The notes under the pieces are model-generated. The model ran no database searches. It saw only the letters and a program-made list of their open reading frames with translations, and was not told the origin of the DNA. A stretch of DNA of 64,000 bases from Deltaproteobacteria bacterium (GTDB lineage: Bacteria > Myxococcota_A > Polyangia > Fen-1088). Shown piece by piece: positions 44,471-55,918 of the stretch; within the stretch, counting starts at the first letter, position 1; every line of letters starts with the position of its first letter. A program made the position numbers and the translations under genes. The DNA is taken from positions 11,230 to 75,229 of the forward strand of contig JAFGPX010000259.1 of the NCBI GenBank assembly GCA_016935975.1. The letters are read 5' to 3'.

Positions 44471-45504
44471 AGCACGAGCGGGTGTTGGCTGGAGGCGTGG
44501 TAGCTCGAGCGCACCAGCGGTCCGGATTCCACGTGAGCGAAGCCCAGGGCCAGGGCTTCGTCCTTGAGCGCGGCAAATTCCGCGGGCGTCACGTAGCGCT
44601 CGACGGGTAGGTGCTGGCGCGAGGGCCGCAGGTATTGGCCCAGGGTCAGGATCTCGACGCCCGCGCGGCGCAGATCGCGCATGGTGGCGCGGATCTCGTC
44701 GAGGGTTTCGCCCAGGCCCAACATGAGGCCGCTCTTGGTCAGGGCGCCTCGCGCTCCGGCGTGGTCCAACACGCGCAGCGAGCGCTCGACGTCGGCTTGC
44801 ACGCGCACCGTGCGACAGAGGCGCGGCACGGTTTCCAGGTTGTGGGCGAAGACGTCGGGAGCGGCGTCGAGCACGACGTCCACCGCGGCCGTGTCGCCCC
44901 GGAAGTCGCTGACCAGGGCTTCCAGCACCAGATGGGGGCAGCGCGCCTTGACGGCGCGAATGGTGCTGGCCCAGTGGGCGGCGCCGCCGTCCGCGAGGTC
45001 GTCGCGGGTCACGCAGGTGATCATCGTGTACGCCAGGTCGAGCTCGGCCAGCGCGGTTGCCACGCGCTCGGGCTCGCCGGGGTCCGGGGGCAGGGGCCGG
45101 CCCGTGGGCACGTCGCAGAACTGGCACGAGCGCGTGCACAGCCCGCCCAGGATCATGATGGTCAAGGATTTCTCGCCCCAGCATTCCCCGATGTTGGGGC
45201 AGGAGGCGCTTTCGCAGACCGTGTGCAGGCCGAGAGTATGCACGCGCTCGCGCAGGTCGAAGTACGTCCGGCTGGCAGGCAGGCGCGCGCGGATCCAGGG
45301 CGGATGGCGCGGGCGCGCTTGCGCGGCCGCCTCGGACTGGCCCAGGACGCGCAGGCGCCGCGACCGGGTATCGACCATGGATCGCACGAGGGAAATCTGC
45401 GCCATTCCGAGGTGGATGTCGATGGCGGATCTGCGTCTTCCCGGCGCAATGGCCTGGGTTTCTTGACCGCCTGCTATGATGGGGCGCCTCATGCAGAGGA
45501 CCAT
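44434..45504 (-). CDS. lipA: Lipoyl synthase
   Basis: Radical-SAM and auxiliary cluster motifs (CESASCPNIGECWG, CTRSCQFCDV) and collinearity with LipA. The N-terminal limit is uncertain (several in-frame Met); the C-terminal ~12 aa are encoded by repeat F's arm. Confidence 0.85.
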   Translation of the reverse strand: MVLCMRRPIIAGGQETQAIAPGRRRSAIDIHLGMAQISLVRSMVDTRSRRLRVLGQSEAAAQARPRHPPWIRARLPASRTYFDLRERVHTLGLHTVCESASCPNIGECWGEKSLTIMILGGLCTRSCQFCDVPTGRPLPPDPGEPERVATALAELDLAYTMITCVTRDDLADGGAAHWASTIRAVKARCPHLVLEALVSDFRGDTAAVDVVLDAAPDVFAHNLETVPRLCRTVRVQADVERSLRVLDHAGARGALTKSGLMLGLGETLDEIRATMRDLRRAGVEILTLGQYLRPSRQHLPVERYVTPAEFAALKDEALALGFAHVESGPLVRSSYHASSQHPLVLDRRGRRASGER

Positions 45505-46156
45505 CGTCGTTGGCGACGTTCACGGCTGTGTCGACGAATTGCAGCTCTTGCTGCGCCGGTGCGGTTACGCCAAGGGGGACCGCGTGGTACTCGCGGGCGA
45601 CCTGGTGGCCAAGGGACCGGACTCGCAGGGGGTGGTGCAGTCTGCGCGCGAGAACGGCTTTTTGGCCGTGCTGGGCAACCACGACGCTTTCGCGCTCGCC
45701 CATCGCCGACAAGCGCACGAGCACGCCCGTCCGGGACGGCACGGCTACATCGCCAGCCTGCGTCCGGCGGACTGGGAGTACCTGCAGACTCTGCCGCTCT
45801 ACCTGCGACTTGGACCGGCCAAGCCGGGCGAGCGTGATATCCTGGTGGTCCACGCCGGTCTGGTGCCGGGGGTGCCTCTCGACAAGCAGAGACGCGAGCA
45901 CTTGCTGAGTCTGCGCAGCATCACCGACACGGGAGAGCCCACCAGCCGGTTGCTGTTGCACTACCCCTGGGCCGCGCGCTGGCAGGGCCCCGAGCGCTTG
46001 GTGTTCGGGCACGATGCCGTGCGCGGGCTGCAGCGGTGGCCGCTGGCCCTCGGCCTCGACACGGGCTGCGTGTACGGCCGTCTGCTCACGGCGCTCCTTC
46101 TGCCCGAGGGCGAGCTCGTGCAGTTGGCCGCGCTCCGGCGCTACGCCAGCAGGTAG
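45476..46156 (+). CDS. PPP-family metallophosphoesterase (Ser/Thr phosphatase / ApaH-like)
   Basis: GDVHG...GDLVAKGPDS...GNHD metallophosphatase motifs; 226 aa. Confidence 0.7.
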   Translation: MMGRLMQRTIVVGDVHGCVDELQLLLRRCGYAKGDRVVLAGDLVAKGPDSQGVVQSARENGFLAVLGNHDAFALAHRRQAHEHARPGRHGYIASLRPADWEYLQTLPLYLRLGPAKPGERDILVVHAGLVPGVPLDKQRREHLLSLRSITDTGEPTSRLLLHYPWAARWQGPERLVFGHDAVRGLQRWPLALGLDTGCVYGRLLTALLLPEGELVQLAALRRYASR

Positions 46157-46185
46157 CCGGCTGCGCATGCTAAACTCTGCGGGCT

Positions 46186-46554
46186 TTGCTGGTCGAACTC
46201 AAAAAGCTCTACTCGTTCGAAGCCGCCCACCGTTTGCCGCGCGTGCCGGCGGGGCACAAGTGCTCGCGCATGCACGGACACAGTTATCGCGTGGAGATCG
46301 CGCTCTATGGGCCGGTCGATCCGGCGACGGGTTGGCTGGTGGATTTCGCCGTCATCGACGACGCCTGGGCTCCGCTCTATGAGCGATTCGACCATCACAC
46401 CCTGAACGACGTTCCCGGCCTCGACAACCCGACCTGCGAGAATCTGTGCGCCTTCGTCTGGAATGCCTTGGCCGGCAAGGTTCCGCACTTGGCCGCCGTG
46501 ACGGTATGGGAAACCGCGGACGCCTGCTGCACCTTCCGCGGCGGCGACAGCTAG
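46186..46554 (+). CDS. queD: 6-carboxy-5,6,7,8-tetrahydropterin synthase
   Basis: 122 aa; Zn/catalytic motifs (CSRMHGHSY, HHTLND). Confidence 0.85.
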   Translation: MLVELKKLYSFEAAHRLPRVPAGHKCSRMHGHSYRVEIALYGPVDPATGWLVDFAVIDDAWAPLYERFDHHTLNDVPGLDNPTCENLCAFVWNALAGKVPHLAAVTVWETADACCTFRGGDS

Positions 46555-46567
46555 GGGCAGGGCCAAG

Positions 46568-47377
46568 GTGAACCTCCTGCGTTGCCTCACGCTGAACCTG
46601 TGGGGGGCCGAGCCGCCTCTCGAAGCGCGCATGGCCGCGATTGCCAAGGGCCTGCGCGAGCTTCTGCCCGACGTGGTGGCTTTGCAGGAGGTGCGCGAGG
46701 TGCCTGGGCAGCTTGCCAACCAGGCCGAAACCCTGGCCGGGGAGGCCGGCCTGCACCACGTGTTCGCACCAGCCGTACCCTTCGGCGGCGGGCACGAAGG
46801 TCTTGCCATACTGGCGCGCGACGAGATACTGGAGCACGCGGACCGGGAACTTCCGCACGCCCGGCCCGACGAGCGGCGCGTGCTGCTGTCCGCGCGCATC
46901 CGTCACGGCGGCGGCAGCGTGTGGGTGCACACCACGCACCTCAACTACCGTCTGACCCACGGCAAGCAGCGCGAGGATCAGGTGCAGGCCGTCGAAGCGT
47001 CCATCGCCGGCCGCACGACGGACCGGCCGCAGATTCTCATGGGTGACTTCAATGCCCGGCCCGAGTCCGACGAGATACGCTGGCTGCGCGGCCAGGTCAC
47101 GCTGGGCGGCCGGCGCACGTACTTCCAGGACGCCTGGGAGCGACTGCACCCCGGCGATCCGGGCTGGACCTGGGCGCGCTCCAATCCCTACACGGCGAAG
47201 CTGGCCTTTCTGGAACCGGACCGGCGCATCGACTACGTCTTCGTGACCCCGATGCGCGGCGATGGACGCGGCACCGTCCATTCCTGCAGCATGGCCTTCC
47301 GCCAGCCCACGGCCGAGCAGGTCTTCGCATCCGACCATTTCGGTTTGCTGGCGGAGATCCAGATCGAGCCTTCTTGA
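46568..47377 (+). CDS. Endonuclease/exonuclease/phosphatase (EEP) family protein
   Basis: EEP motifs (LTLNLWG, VALQEV, GDFNARP, SDHFGLLAEIQ). Confidence 0.7.
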   Translation: MNLLRCLTLNLWGAEPPLEARMAAIAKGLRELLPDVVALQEVREVPGQLANQAETLAGEAGLHHVFAPAVPFGGGHEGLAILARDEILEHADRELPHARPDERRVLLSARIRHGGGSVWVHTTHLNYRLTHGKQREDQVQAVEASIAGRTTDRPQILMGDFNARPESDEIRWLRGQVTLGGRRTYFQDAWERLHPGDPGWTWARSNPYTAKLAFLEPDRRIDYVFVTPMRGDGRGTVHSCSMAFRQPTAEQVFASDHFGLLAEIQIEPS

Positions 47378-48267
47378 TGTTCCGCCTGGCTCAAGTCAGC
47401 GATCCGCACTTCCGGTCTTTCCGCCCGGCCAGCCTGCGCCAGCTACTCGGCAAGCGCGCCATCGGCGCTCTCAACCTGCTTCTGCGCCGCCGCTTCAAGC
47501 ACCGCATGGAGCTTCTGCAGGCGCTGCTCGTGGATGTGCGCGGCCGGCCCCTCGATCACCTGGCGCTGACCGGCGATCTGTGCAACGTAGCGCTTGCGTC
47601 CGAGTGGAACGCGGCTCTGCGCTGGATCGAGGCCACCGGTCTTTCGCCCGAGCAGGTGACGGTGATTCCCGGCAACCACGACGCCTACGTTCCCGAGGTG
47701 ATCGAGCAGGGCACCTTCGAGCGCTTGTTCGCTGCCTACCTGACCGCGGATCTGCGCGCTGGCGCGGAGACCTATCCTTTCGCGCGTTTCCGCGGTGACG
47801 TGGCTCTCGTGTGCGCGAGCACCGCGGTGCCCACCGGCGATCTCGGTGCCTGGGGGCGCATGGGCGAGGCGCAGCTCGCTCGCCTGGAATCGTTGCTGAT
47901 GATGCCGGAGGTGAAAGCCCGCTGCCGCCTGCTGCTCATCCACCACCCACCGCAAGTGAACCGGCACGGCGAGCAATTGAACTTGAAGGACCGCGAGGCA
48001 TTGCAAGACGTGCTCTCGCGTGCGGGGGCCGACTTGGTCATGCATGGCCACGACCATCGCGACTTTTTCAAGGAGCTGCCGGGACCGGGCCGTAGCCGCA
48101 TTCCCGTGGTGGGCGTGGGCTCGGCATCCTACGCCGGCGGCCCCGACCGTCGCGCGCGCTATCACATCTACGAGATCGAGGGATCGAGCATCACGGTCGC
48201 CACCTACGTCCACGACCCGGCGACGAGAAGGTTCGTCGAGTACCGACGCAAGCAGGTGGCGGCGTAG
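47377..48267 (+). CDS. Calcineurin-like metallophosphoesterase
   Basis: SDPHF...GDLCN...GNHD...HHPP...GHDH motifs. Track start 47374 is TTG; the ATG at 47377 overlaps the upstream stop (TGATG). Confidence 0.7.
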   Translation: MFRLAQVSDPHFRSFRPASLRQLLGKRAIGALNLLLRRRFKHRMELLQALLVDVRGRPLDHLALTGDLCNVALASEWNAALRWIEATGLSPEQVTVIPGNHDAYVPEVIEQGTFERLFAAYLTADLRAGAETYPFARFRGDVALVCASTAVPTGDLGAWGRMGEAQLARLESLLMMPEVKARCRLLLIHHPPQVNRHGEQLNLKDREALQDVLSRAGADLVMHGHDHRDFFKELPGPGRSRIPVVGVGSASYAGGPDRRARYHIYEIEGSSITVATYVHDPATRRFVEYRRKQVAA

Positions 48268-48291
48268 CGGCCTTGCCCCGATACCGGTCAG

Positions 48292-48388
48292 CCAGGGGAA
48301 AACAAGGGGGAACGGAGACGCAGAGACGGACCGGAATGATCGAAACGCCTCTGATTCTGAGGCTCGGTTCCTGTGTTCTTCCCTGTGG
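48292..48388. repeat. Palindromic element copy B, between the phosphoesterase stop and the convergent glycine-zipper gene stop
   Basis: CCAGGGGAAAACAAGGGGGAACGGAGACGCAGAGACGGACCGG...CTCGGTTCCTGTGTTCTTCCCTGTGG. The termini CCAGGG / CCCTGTGG are inverted. Confidence 0.65.
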
Positions 48389-48397
48389 GTGCTTTTC

Positions 48398-48954
48398 CTA
48401 GAAGCGCCCGACGAGCGCGGGCACGAAGGCATGGCTGCCGTCGGACTGACGGACGGGGGCCAAGGTGGCGGAGTACTTGCGGTAGCCCTCGACGAAGCCG
48501 ACGGCAAAGCCGCCTACCGTGCCGGTGAGCACGCCGATGGAGGCGCCGAGCAAGGCGTACTCGAACTCCTTGGCGTAGATGGCGGCCATACCGCCAGCGA
48601 TGCCGCCCAGCACCGCGCCCAGCCCGGCCCCGTACAAGCCGTCGCGCATGACGTAGGCGTTGCGATGCGGCTTGTGCTGGGCCATGTCCACGACGCCCAG
48701 GGTCAGGCCGAGCACGGCCCCCGAGAGGGCGCCTATGCCCGTGCCGTAGGCGACGGGTTTCCACCCACCGGACTTGTCCCAGGTGTCGCTGCGCGAGAAC
48801 ATGTAGCCGGTGGCGGCGCCGGCGATGGCGCCGACGAGCAGGCCTTGGTAGGCGCCGTCGAAGACCGTGGGCGGCGGCAGATCCGCGGCATGCGCCGGAC
48901 GGCCAAGGCCTACGACCAGGGCGCAGGCGATTGCCGAATAGGCACAGCGACGGG

Positions 48955-48958
<4 letters not shown>
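48398..48958 (-). CDS. Small secreted glycine-zipper protein (186 aa)
   Basis: Signal peptide [24 protein letters not shown], repeated GxxxG/AxxxG segments, and an ATG that overlaps the tkt stop (ATGA). Track ORF 48398..49843 is the same frame but overlaps tkt out of frame upstream. Confidence 0.5.
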
Positions 48959-50955
<1,997 letters not shown>

Positions 50956-51082
50956 GCTGTGATGCTCCTAAAGCAGGCTTGACTAGCGAGCCGTTTGCTA
51001 GCACGAGGCAGCTGGCTTGCCTAGCCGGCATCGTGCAGATATCGACGCGACTTCGTCCAGATGCGGCGGACCGCGGTAGGGC

Positions 51083-51646
51083 TCAGTCGCCCAACCAGGC
51101 GTAGCTGCCGGCCTGGATGCGCGCTAGCTGCAGGGTATCGATGCGCCCTCTGCGTTCCGGCGACTGGAGCGCAGAGTAGAGTGCCTTCGCCAACTCGTCC
51201 GTGGCGCCCCGCAGCCTGCGGATGGCCAAGAGCGAAAGGAGATTGGCGACCGGTAGATTCTGCTCCCCGTCGTGGTCGAGCAGGGCGAGCAGGTCCTCGC
51301 GCTTGATTTCGACCACGGTGGCGTCGCCAAGCGCGCTGATCGAGACTGCGCATGGCTCGCCGTCCAGCGCCGGCATCAGGGCGAGAAGGCTCCCCGGCCC
51401 CGAGATGGACAGGATGTGCCGCTGGCCGGCAATGCACTTGGCGATTTCGAACTGGCCGGCCATCACCACGAAAAAGCGGTCGATGGCTTGGCCCTCTGCA
51501 CAAAGCGTGGATGAGGCGTGGATGGCTCGCCTCTGGCCGACACGCAGCAGGGCCCGGCCATTCGGCCCGTGCAGGCTTGCGCTTCCGCCCTCGCTGCCGG
51601 ACTCGTTCACGCCGAGCCCCTTAGCCGGGAGAAGCACGGGGCCCAC
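51083..51646 (-). CDS. Cyclic-nucleotide-binding (cNMP) domain protein
   Basis: cNMP beta-roll pattern (FFVVMAGQFEI...GPGSLLA...AVSISALGDATVVEIKREDL). Its start overlaps the upstream cNMP gene by 40 nt, so a frameshifted single tandem-cNMP gene is possible. Confidence 0.55.
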   Translation of the reverse strand: MGPVLLPAKGLGVNESGSEGGSASLHGPNGRALLRVGQRRAIHASSTLCAEGQAIDRFFVVMAGQFEIAKCIAGQRHILSISGPGSLLALMPALDGEPCAVSISALGDATVVEIKREDLLALLDHDGEQNLPVANLLSLLAIRRLRGATDELAKALYSALQSPERRGRIDTLQLARIQAGSYAWLGD

Positions 51647-52152
51647 GTCGGAGGCACTGCGGTCTGCGATGTCACGTTGCGAACGGGATCGCGAGGCACA
51701 GGCCCGTCGCAGCGGAGTTCACGGTCGATGCGATCGTCGACGGTGCGCAAGCGCCGAAGCACATCGAGGAATACCGCGCTGACCAGCGCCGCGGCCGAGC
51801 GCGGGGCCTGCTGGCGCATGCGAACCAGATCCTCCCGTCCCAACTCCAAGACCGTGGCAGGCTGGCTGGCCACCAGCGTGACCGGCCTGGGCGCGGGATC
51901 GATGCAGAACATCTCGCCGAAAACCGCGCCTTCGCATAGGTGAGCTATCTCGTGCGGTTCATCGTTCTTGCTCTCGACCCGCGCGGATAGGGCGCCTTGT
52001 GTCACGACGAGCATGGTGCTACCGTACTCTCCGTGCGAGCACACGATTTCGCCGGTTTCGTACTTCCTTTCGCGCATGAAACGAGCGAGGTCGGCACGTT
52101 CGGGCTCGGTAAGCGACTGGAACAGGCGCACGTTCCGCAGCGGGTACGTCAT
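51607..52152 (-). CDS. Cyclic-nucleotide-binding (cNMP) domain protein
   Basis: LFQSLTEPERADLARFMRER...GEIVCSHGEYGSTMLVVTQG...GEMFCI...ATVLELGREDL is the canonical cNMP-binding fold. Confidence 0.6.
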   Translation of the reverse strand: MTYPLRNVRLFQSLTEPERADLARFMRERKYETGEIVCSHGEYGSTMLVVTQGALSARVESKNDEPHEIAHLCEGAVFGEMFCIDPAPRPVTLVASQPATVLELGREDLVRMRQQAPRSAAALVSAVFLDVLRRLRTVDDRIDRELRCDGPVPRDPVRNVTSQTAVPPTWAPCFSRLRGSA

Positions 52153-52322
52153 CTTCTCCTCTCCACTCGCATCGGCAGGGCCGTCGGCAAACTTCAGCCC
52201 TCATGGAGGTTTTTCCCTCTGCGGGCGGGCGCACGCCCAGGCAGCCGCAGTCGCCTGGATGTGCCAGTGCGTCGAAGAGCTGCTTGCCGGCCCGTGTGCC
52301 AGCCATTTGCCAACAGGTGAGC

Positions 52323-54080
52323 ATGGCGAGCAGTCCCGAGCCCCCTGACGTGGCTTTGACGTCGAGCGTTGACAGCGGCTCGCGCGCGATGGAGCGCGTA
52401 CTGCTGGTGGACGACAGCAAGTTGGTGCGCGACTACGTGGGCAGTCTGATTGCCGACTGGGGGTTCCGGGTCGAGACCGTGGGCAGCGGGCGCGCCGCCC
52501 TGGCGGCCTTGGAAGCAAGTCCGGTCGACGTGATCGTGACCGAGGTTCGCATGCCGGAGATGACCGGCCTCGAGCTTCTGACCACCCTGCGGGTGCGCGG
52601 CGTGTCCGCCCCGGTGATCATGCTCTCCTCCGTGTCGCGCACCAGCGAGATCCTGAGCGCCATCCACCAGGGGGCGTTCGACTATGTCGTCCGGGACCAG
52701 GCCATCGAGCCTCTGCGGCTCGCCCTTCTGCGCGCGATGCAGCACGTGCACCTGGTGAGGGAGAACGTCCGGCTCGGCAAGGAGATCGAGGGACTAGGCG
52801 CCGTTCTCGACAGGCGCGTGCGCGAGCGCACGGCGGAGCTCGAACAGGCCAACGCGCGGCTTCTCGCCGAGCGGAGCCAGATGGAGGCCGCCCTGGCCCG
52901 GGTGAGCGAAAGTCAAGAACAGCTGGTGCAGGTGGAGAAGATGGCGAGTATCGGGCTTCTGACCTCCGGTATCGCCCACGAGATCAACAACCCTCTGGCC
53001 TTCATCTTGCCCAACTTCGAGCTCATCGAGGTCTGGCTCGAATCGACGCGCAAGGGCAAGACCACGGGGCGCGTGCCAACCTTGCAGGAGCTGGGCAAGC
53101 TCGTCGCCGAGTGCCGCGCCGGGCTCGACCGTATCTCGCGCCTGGTGCGCCAGTTGCGCGTCTTCTCGCACCCGGGGCGGCACAACCTGGGGCCGGTCGA
53201 CGTCGACGTGGTGGTTCGCTCGGTGGTCGGGTTGGTCGAGCGGGAGATCGCCGGTCGCGCCGAGGTGACGGTGTATTCCGGCATGGACTGCATTGCCCGT
53301 GGCAACGAGGATCACCTCCGGCAGGTGCTGCTCAACCTCCTTCTCAATAGCGCGCAGAGCTTCTCTGCCGAGACGGGAGGCGGCCGTATCGAGGTCGTCG
53401 TGGAGCGCAGGCAGGGCGACGTCGCGATCCGCGTGATAGACAACGGTTGCGGCATCGCCCCGGAAAACTTACGGCGGGTTTTCGATCCCTTCTTCACCAC
53501 CAAGCCGGTGGGGTTCGGTACGGGCCTGGGCCTTTCCATCTCTCGGGATCTCGTCAAGAAGATGGACGGCAACATCACGTTGGAGAGTCAGCTCGGCCGC
53601 GGGACGGTCGTCAACGTGACCTTGCGCAGGTGGCGCGAGCAGGGCGGGAGCCAGGCGGCTCTCGATTCCCTGCGCACGCCCACGCCGGAGATTGTCGGGC
53701 CGAATCTCGGGCGGCGCTTGTCCATCATCATCATCGAGGACGAAACCGCGCTGCTTGCGCCCCTGCGTCGCATGCTGGCCTGCGACCACGACATCATCAC
53801 CTTCAGCGATCCGCGCGACGGCATGCGCTGCCTGGTCGAGCGCGACCCTCCAGACGTGATCATCTGCGACATCAACATGCCGATCGTGGGGGGCATCGAG
53901 CTCTACGAAGAGGTCAAGCGCGTCCGGCCCTTCTTGGCCAGGCGCTTTCTCTTTCTGACGGGCGGTGTCTCCGAGGAAGCGGCGGGGCTTCTGGCCGAGG
54001 GACGGCGGATTATCGAGAAGCCGGTGCACCGCGAGGAGTTGGTCGCCGCGATCGAGGGCATCGCCGCGGCGAAAGAGTAG
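52323..54080 (+). CDS. Hybrid sensor histidine kinase (REC - HisKA - HATPase_c - REC)
   Basis: N-terminal REC (VLLVDDSKLV...VIVTEVRMPEMTG), H-box HEINNPLAF, N/G-box ATPase region (DNGCGI...GTGLGL) and C-terminal REC (IIIIEDE...ICDINMPIVGG). The first ATG after an R/P-rich leader is at 52323. Confidence 0.8.
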   Translation: MASSPEPPDVALTSSVDSGSRAMERVLLVDDSKLVRDYVGSLIADWGFRVETVGSGRAALAALEASPVDVIVTEVRMPEMTGLELLTTLRVRGVSAPVIMLSSVSRTSEILSAIHQGAFDYVVRDQAIEPLRLALLRAMQHVHLVRENVRLGKEIEGLGAVLDRRVRERTAELEQANARLLAERSQMEAALARVSESQEQLVQVEKMASIGLLTSGIAHEINNPLAFILPNFELIEVWLESTRKGKTTGRVPTLQELGKLVAECRAGLDRISRLVRQLRVFSHPGRHNLGPVDVDVVVRSVVGLVEREIAGRAEVTVYSGMDCIARGNEDHLRQVLLNLLLNSAQSFSAETGGGRIEVVVERRQGDVAIRVIDNGCGIAPENLRRVFDPFFTTKPVGFGTGLGLSISRDLVKKMDGNITLESQLGRGTVVNVTLRRWREQGGSQAALDSLRTPTPEIVGPNLGRRLSIIIIEDETALLAPLRRMLACDHDIITFSDPRDGMRCLVERDPPDVIICDINMPIVGGIELYEEVKRVRPFLARRFLFLTGGVSEEAAGLLAEGRRIIEKPVHREELVAAIEGIAAAKE

Positions 54081-54134
54081 GTCGTGCCGTTGTGCGTGGC
54101 GCAGTGGGCGGCTTGCACGGAGCAGACAATTGCC

Positions 54135-54170
54135 TTGACCTCATCGGTGTCGCCTCGTATGAACCATACG
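54135..54170 (+). promoter_or_regulatory. Candidate promoter of the merR-like/isc operon: TTGACC - 17 nt - TATGAA, with the perfect palindrome CGTATGAACCATACG over the -10
   Basis: Seen directly: TTGACC at about 54135-54140, palindrome at about 54156-54170, 14 nt upstream of the ATG at 54184. Confidence 0.4.
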
Positions 54171-54183
54171 CAAACGTAAGGGT

Positions 54184-54693
54184 ATGGGTATGGTTTCCGA
54201 TAGAAGAAACAGTAAGTTAGCTCTCCTCAAAGTGGGCGACCTGGCTCGCCGCACGGGCAAGACGGTGCGCGCCATTCATCTCTACGAGGAGATGGGACTT
54301 CTTTCTGCGCCGGTCCGCTCCAAGGGCGGATTTCGCATGTACTCTGGCGATGGGGTCAAGCGCATCGAGTGGATCCAGAAGCTTCAAGACATGGGTTTCT
54401 CGCTTCCCGAGGTCAAGACCTTCCTGCGCGTGTGGCAGGAAAGCGCCACCGCGCCGGCGGCCATGGCCACGGTACGCGAGATCTTCGCCGAGAAGCTGCG
54501 CGAAACCCGCGAGACCATCGCGCGTTTGTCGCGGCTAGCCGACGAACTCGGCGACAGCCTCAAGTACCTCGAGCGCTGCCGCTTCTGTAGCTCCACGCAC
54601 GCGCAGAGCGAATGCTGCGCGTGCGGCAGCCAGGATTCCGACCAGGCGGTGCCCCTGCTGGTCGACGGCATCGCGAATCGAAACACGCCATGA
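54184..54693 (+). CDS. MerR-family transcriptional regulator with Cys-rich C-terminus
   Basis: N-terminal MerR HTH ([26 protein letters not shown]) and C-terminal [18 protein letters not shown] (5 Cys). Its stop overlaps the iscS start (ATGA). Confidence 0.75.
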   Translation: MGMVSDRRNSKLALLKVGDLARRTGKTVRAIHLYEEMGLLSAPVRSKGGFRMYSGDGVKRIEWIQKLQDMGFSLPEVKTFLRVWQESATAPAAMATVREIFAEKLRETRETIARLSRLADELGDSLKYLERCRFCSSTHAQSECCACGSQDSDQAVPLLVDGIANRNTP

Positions 54694-55907
54694 CGCTCAA
54701 GCTGCCCATCTACATGGACTACCAAGCGACCACGCCGGTCGACGAGCGCGTGCTTCTGGCCATGTTGCCGTATTTACGGGAGGATTTCGGCAATGCCGCC
54801 AGCCGATCGCACGGGTTCGGCTGGCGCGCCGAAGAGGCGGTCGAGAAGTCGCGCGAGGAGGTTGCCAAGCTGATCGGGGCTGCCGGCAAGGAGATAGTCT
54901 GGACCTCGGGCGCGACCGAATCCGACAACCTGGCCATCAAGGGCGTGGCGGAGTACTACAAAGACCGCGGCAACCACATCGTCACGGCGGCAACCGAGCA
55001 CAAGGCCGTGCTCGACACCTGCAAGCGGCTCGAGAAGCAGGGCTTTCTGGTGACCTACCTGCCCGTGGATCCCGACGGGCGGGTGAATCCGGCTGCCGTG
55101 GCCTCGGCCATGACCGACAAGACCATTCTGGTGTCGATCATGCTGGCCAACAACGAGATCGGCACGGTCAACCCGGTCGACGAGATCGGCCAGGTCGCGA
55201 AGGCCGGCGGCGCCTTCTTCCACATCGATGCCGTGCAGGGCGTGGGCAAGATACCTTTCGACGTCGGCCGCAGCCGCGCCGACCTGGTGTCGCTCTCGGC
55301 GCACAAGATGTACGGGCCCAAGGGCATCGGGGCGCTCTACGTGCGGCGCAAGCCGCGCGTGCGCCTGACGCCCATCATCGACGGCGGCGGCCACGAGCAC
55401 GGCATGCGCTCGGGCACGCTCAACGTGCCGGGCATCGTGGGCTTCGCCAAGGCCGCGGAGCTTTGCCGGCTGGAAATGGCCGAGGAAGCGGCCCGCGTGC
55501 TGGCCCTGCGCGAACGGCTGCGGCAGGGCATCGAGGCGAGCGTGCCCAACACCAGCGTGAACGGCTCTCTCGCGCACCGGCTGCCAGGCAACCTGAACAT
55601 CAGCTTCGCCTTCGTCGAGGGCGAGGCCATGATGATGGCGCTCAAGGACGTGGCCGTGTCCTCGGGCTCGGCCTGCACGTCCGCCTCGCTGGAGCCGTCC
55701 TACGTGTTGCGGGCCCTGGGCGTGGGCGAGGAGATGGCCCATTCATCCATTCGTTTCGGGCTTGGCAGATTCACCACGCAAGAAGAAGTCGACTACGTGG
55801 TCGACCTGGTGGCGAGCAAGGTGAAGAAACTCCGGGAGATGTCGCCCTTGTGGGAATTGGCGCAATCCGGCGTCGACCTCAAGAGCATCCAATGGTCAAG
55901 GCACTAG
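54690..55907 (+). CDS. iscS: Cysteine desulfurase IscS
   Basis: PLP-lysine region [18 protein letters not shown], active-site SSGSACTS, and a conserved N-terminus [16 protein letters not shown]-like. Confidence 0.9.
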   Translation: MTLKLPIYMDYQATTPVDERVLLAMLPYLREDFGNAASRSHGFGWRAEEAVEKSREEVAKLIGAAGKEIVWTSGATESDNLAIKGVAEYYKDRGNHIVTAATEHKAVLDTCKRLEKQGFLVTYLPVDPDGRVNPAAVASAMTDKTILVSIMLANNEIGTVNPVDEIGQVAKAGGAFFHIDAVQGVGKIPFDVGRSRADLVSLSAHKMYGPKGIGALYVRRKPRVRLTPIIDGGGHEHGMRSGTLNVPGIVGFAKAAELCRLEMAEEAARVLALRERLRQGIEASVPNTSVNGSLAHRLPGNLNISFAFVEGEAMMMALKDVAVSSGSACTSASLEPSYVLRALGVGEEMAHSSIRFGLGRFTTQEEVDYVVDLVASKVKKLREMSPLWELAQSGVDLKSIQWSRH

Positions 55908-55918
55908 AGGAAGCGGCA

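Noticed and set aside
55463-55918. N-terminal part of track ORF 55463-56320 upstream of the IscU Met.
   Set aside because: It overlaps the 3' end of iscS out of frame and is R/G-rich. IscU aligns from MAYSDKVIDHYENPRNVG, which begins at 55919.
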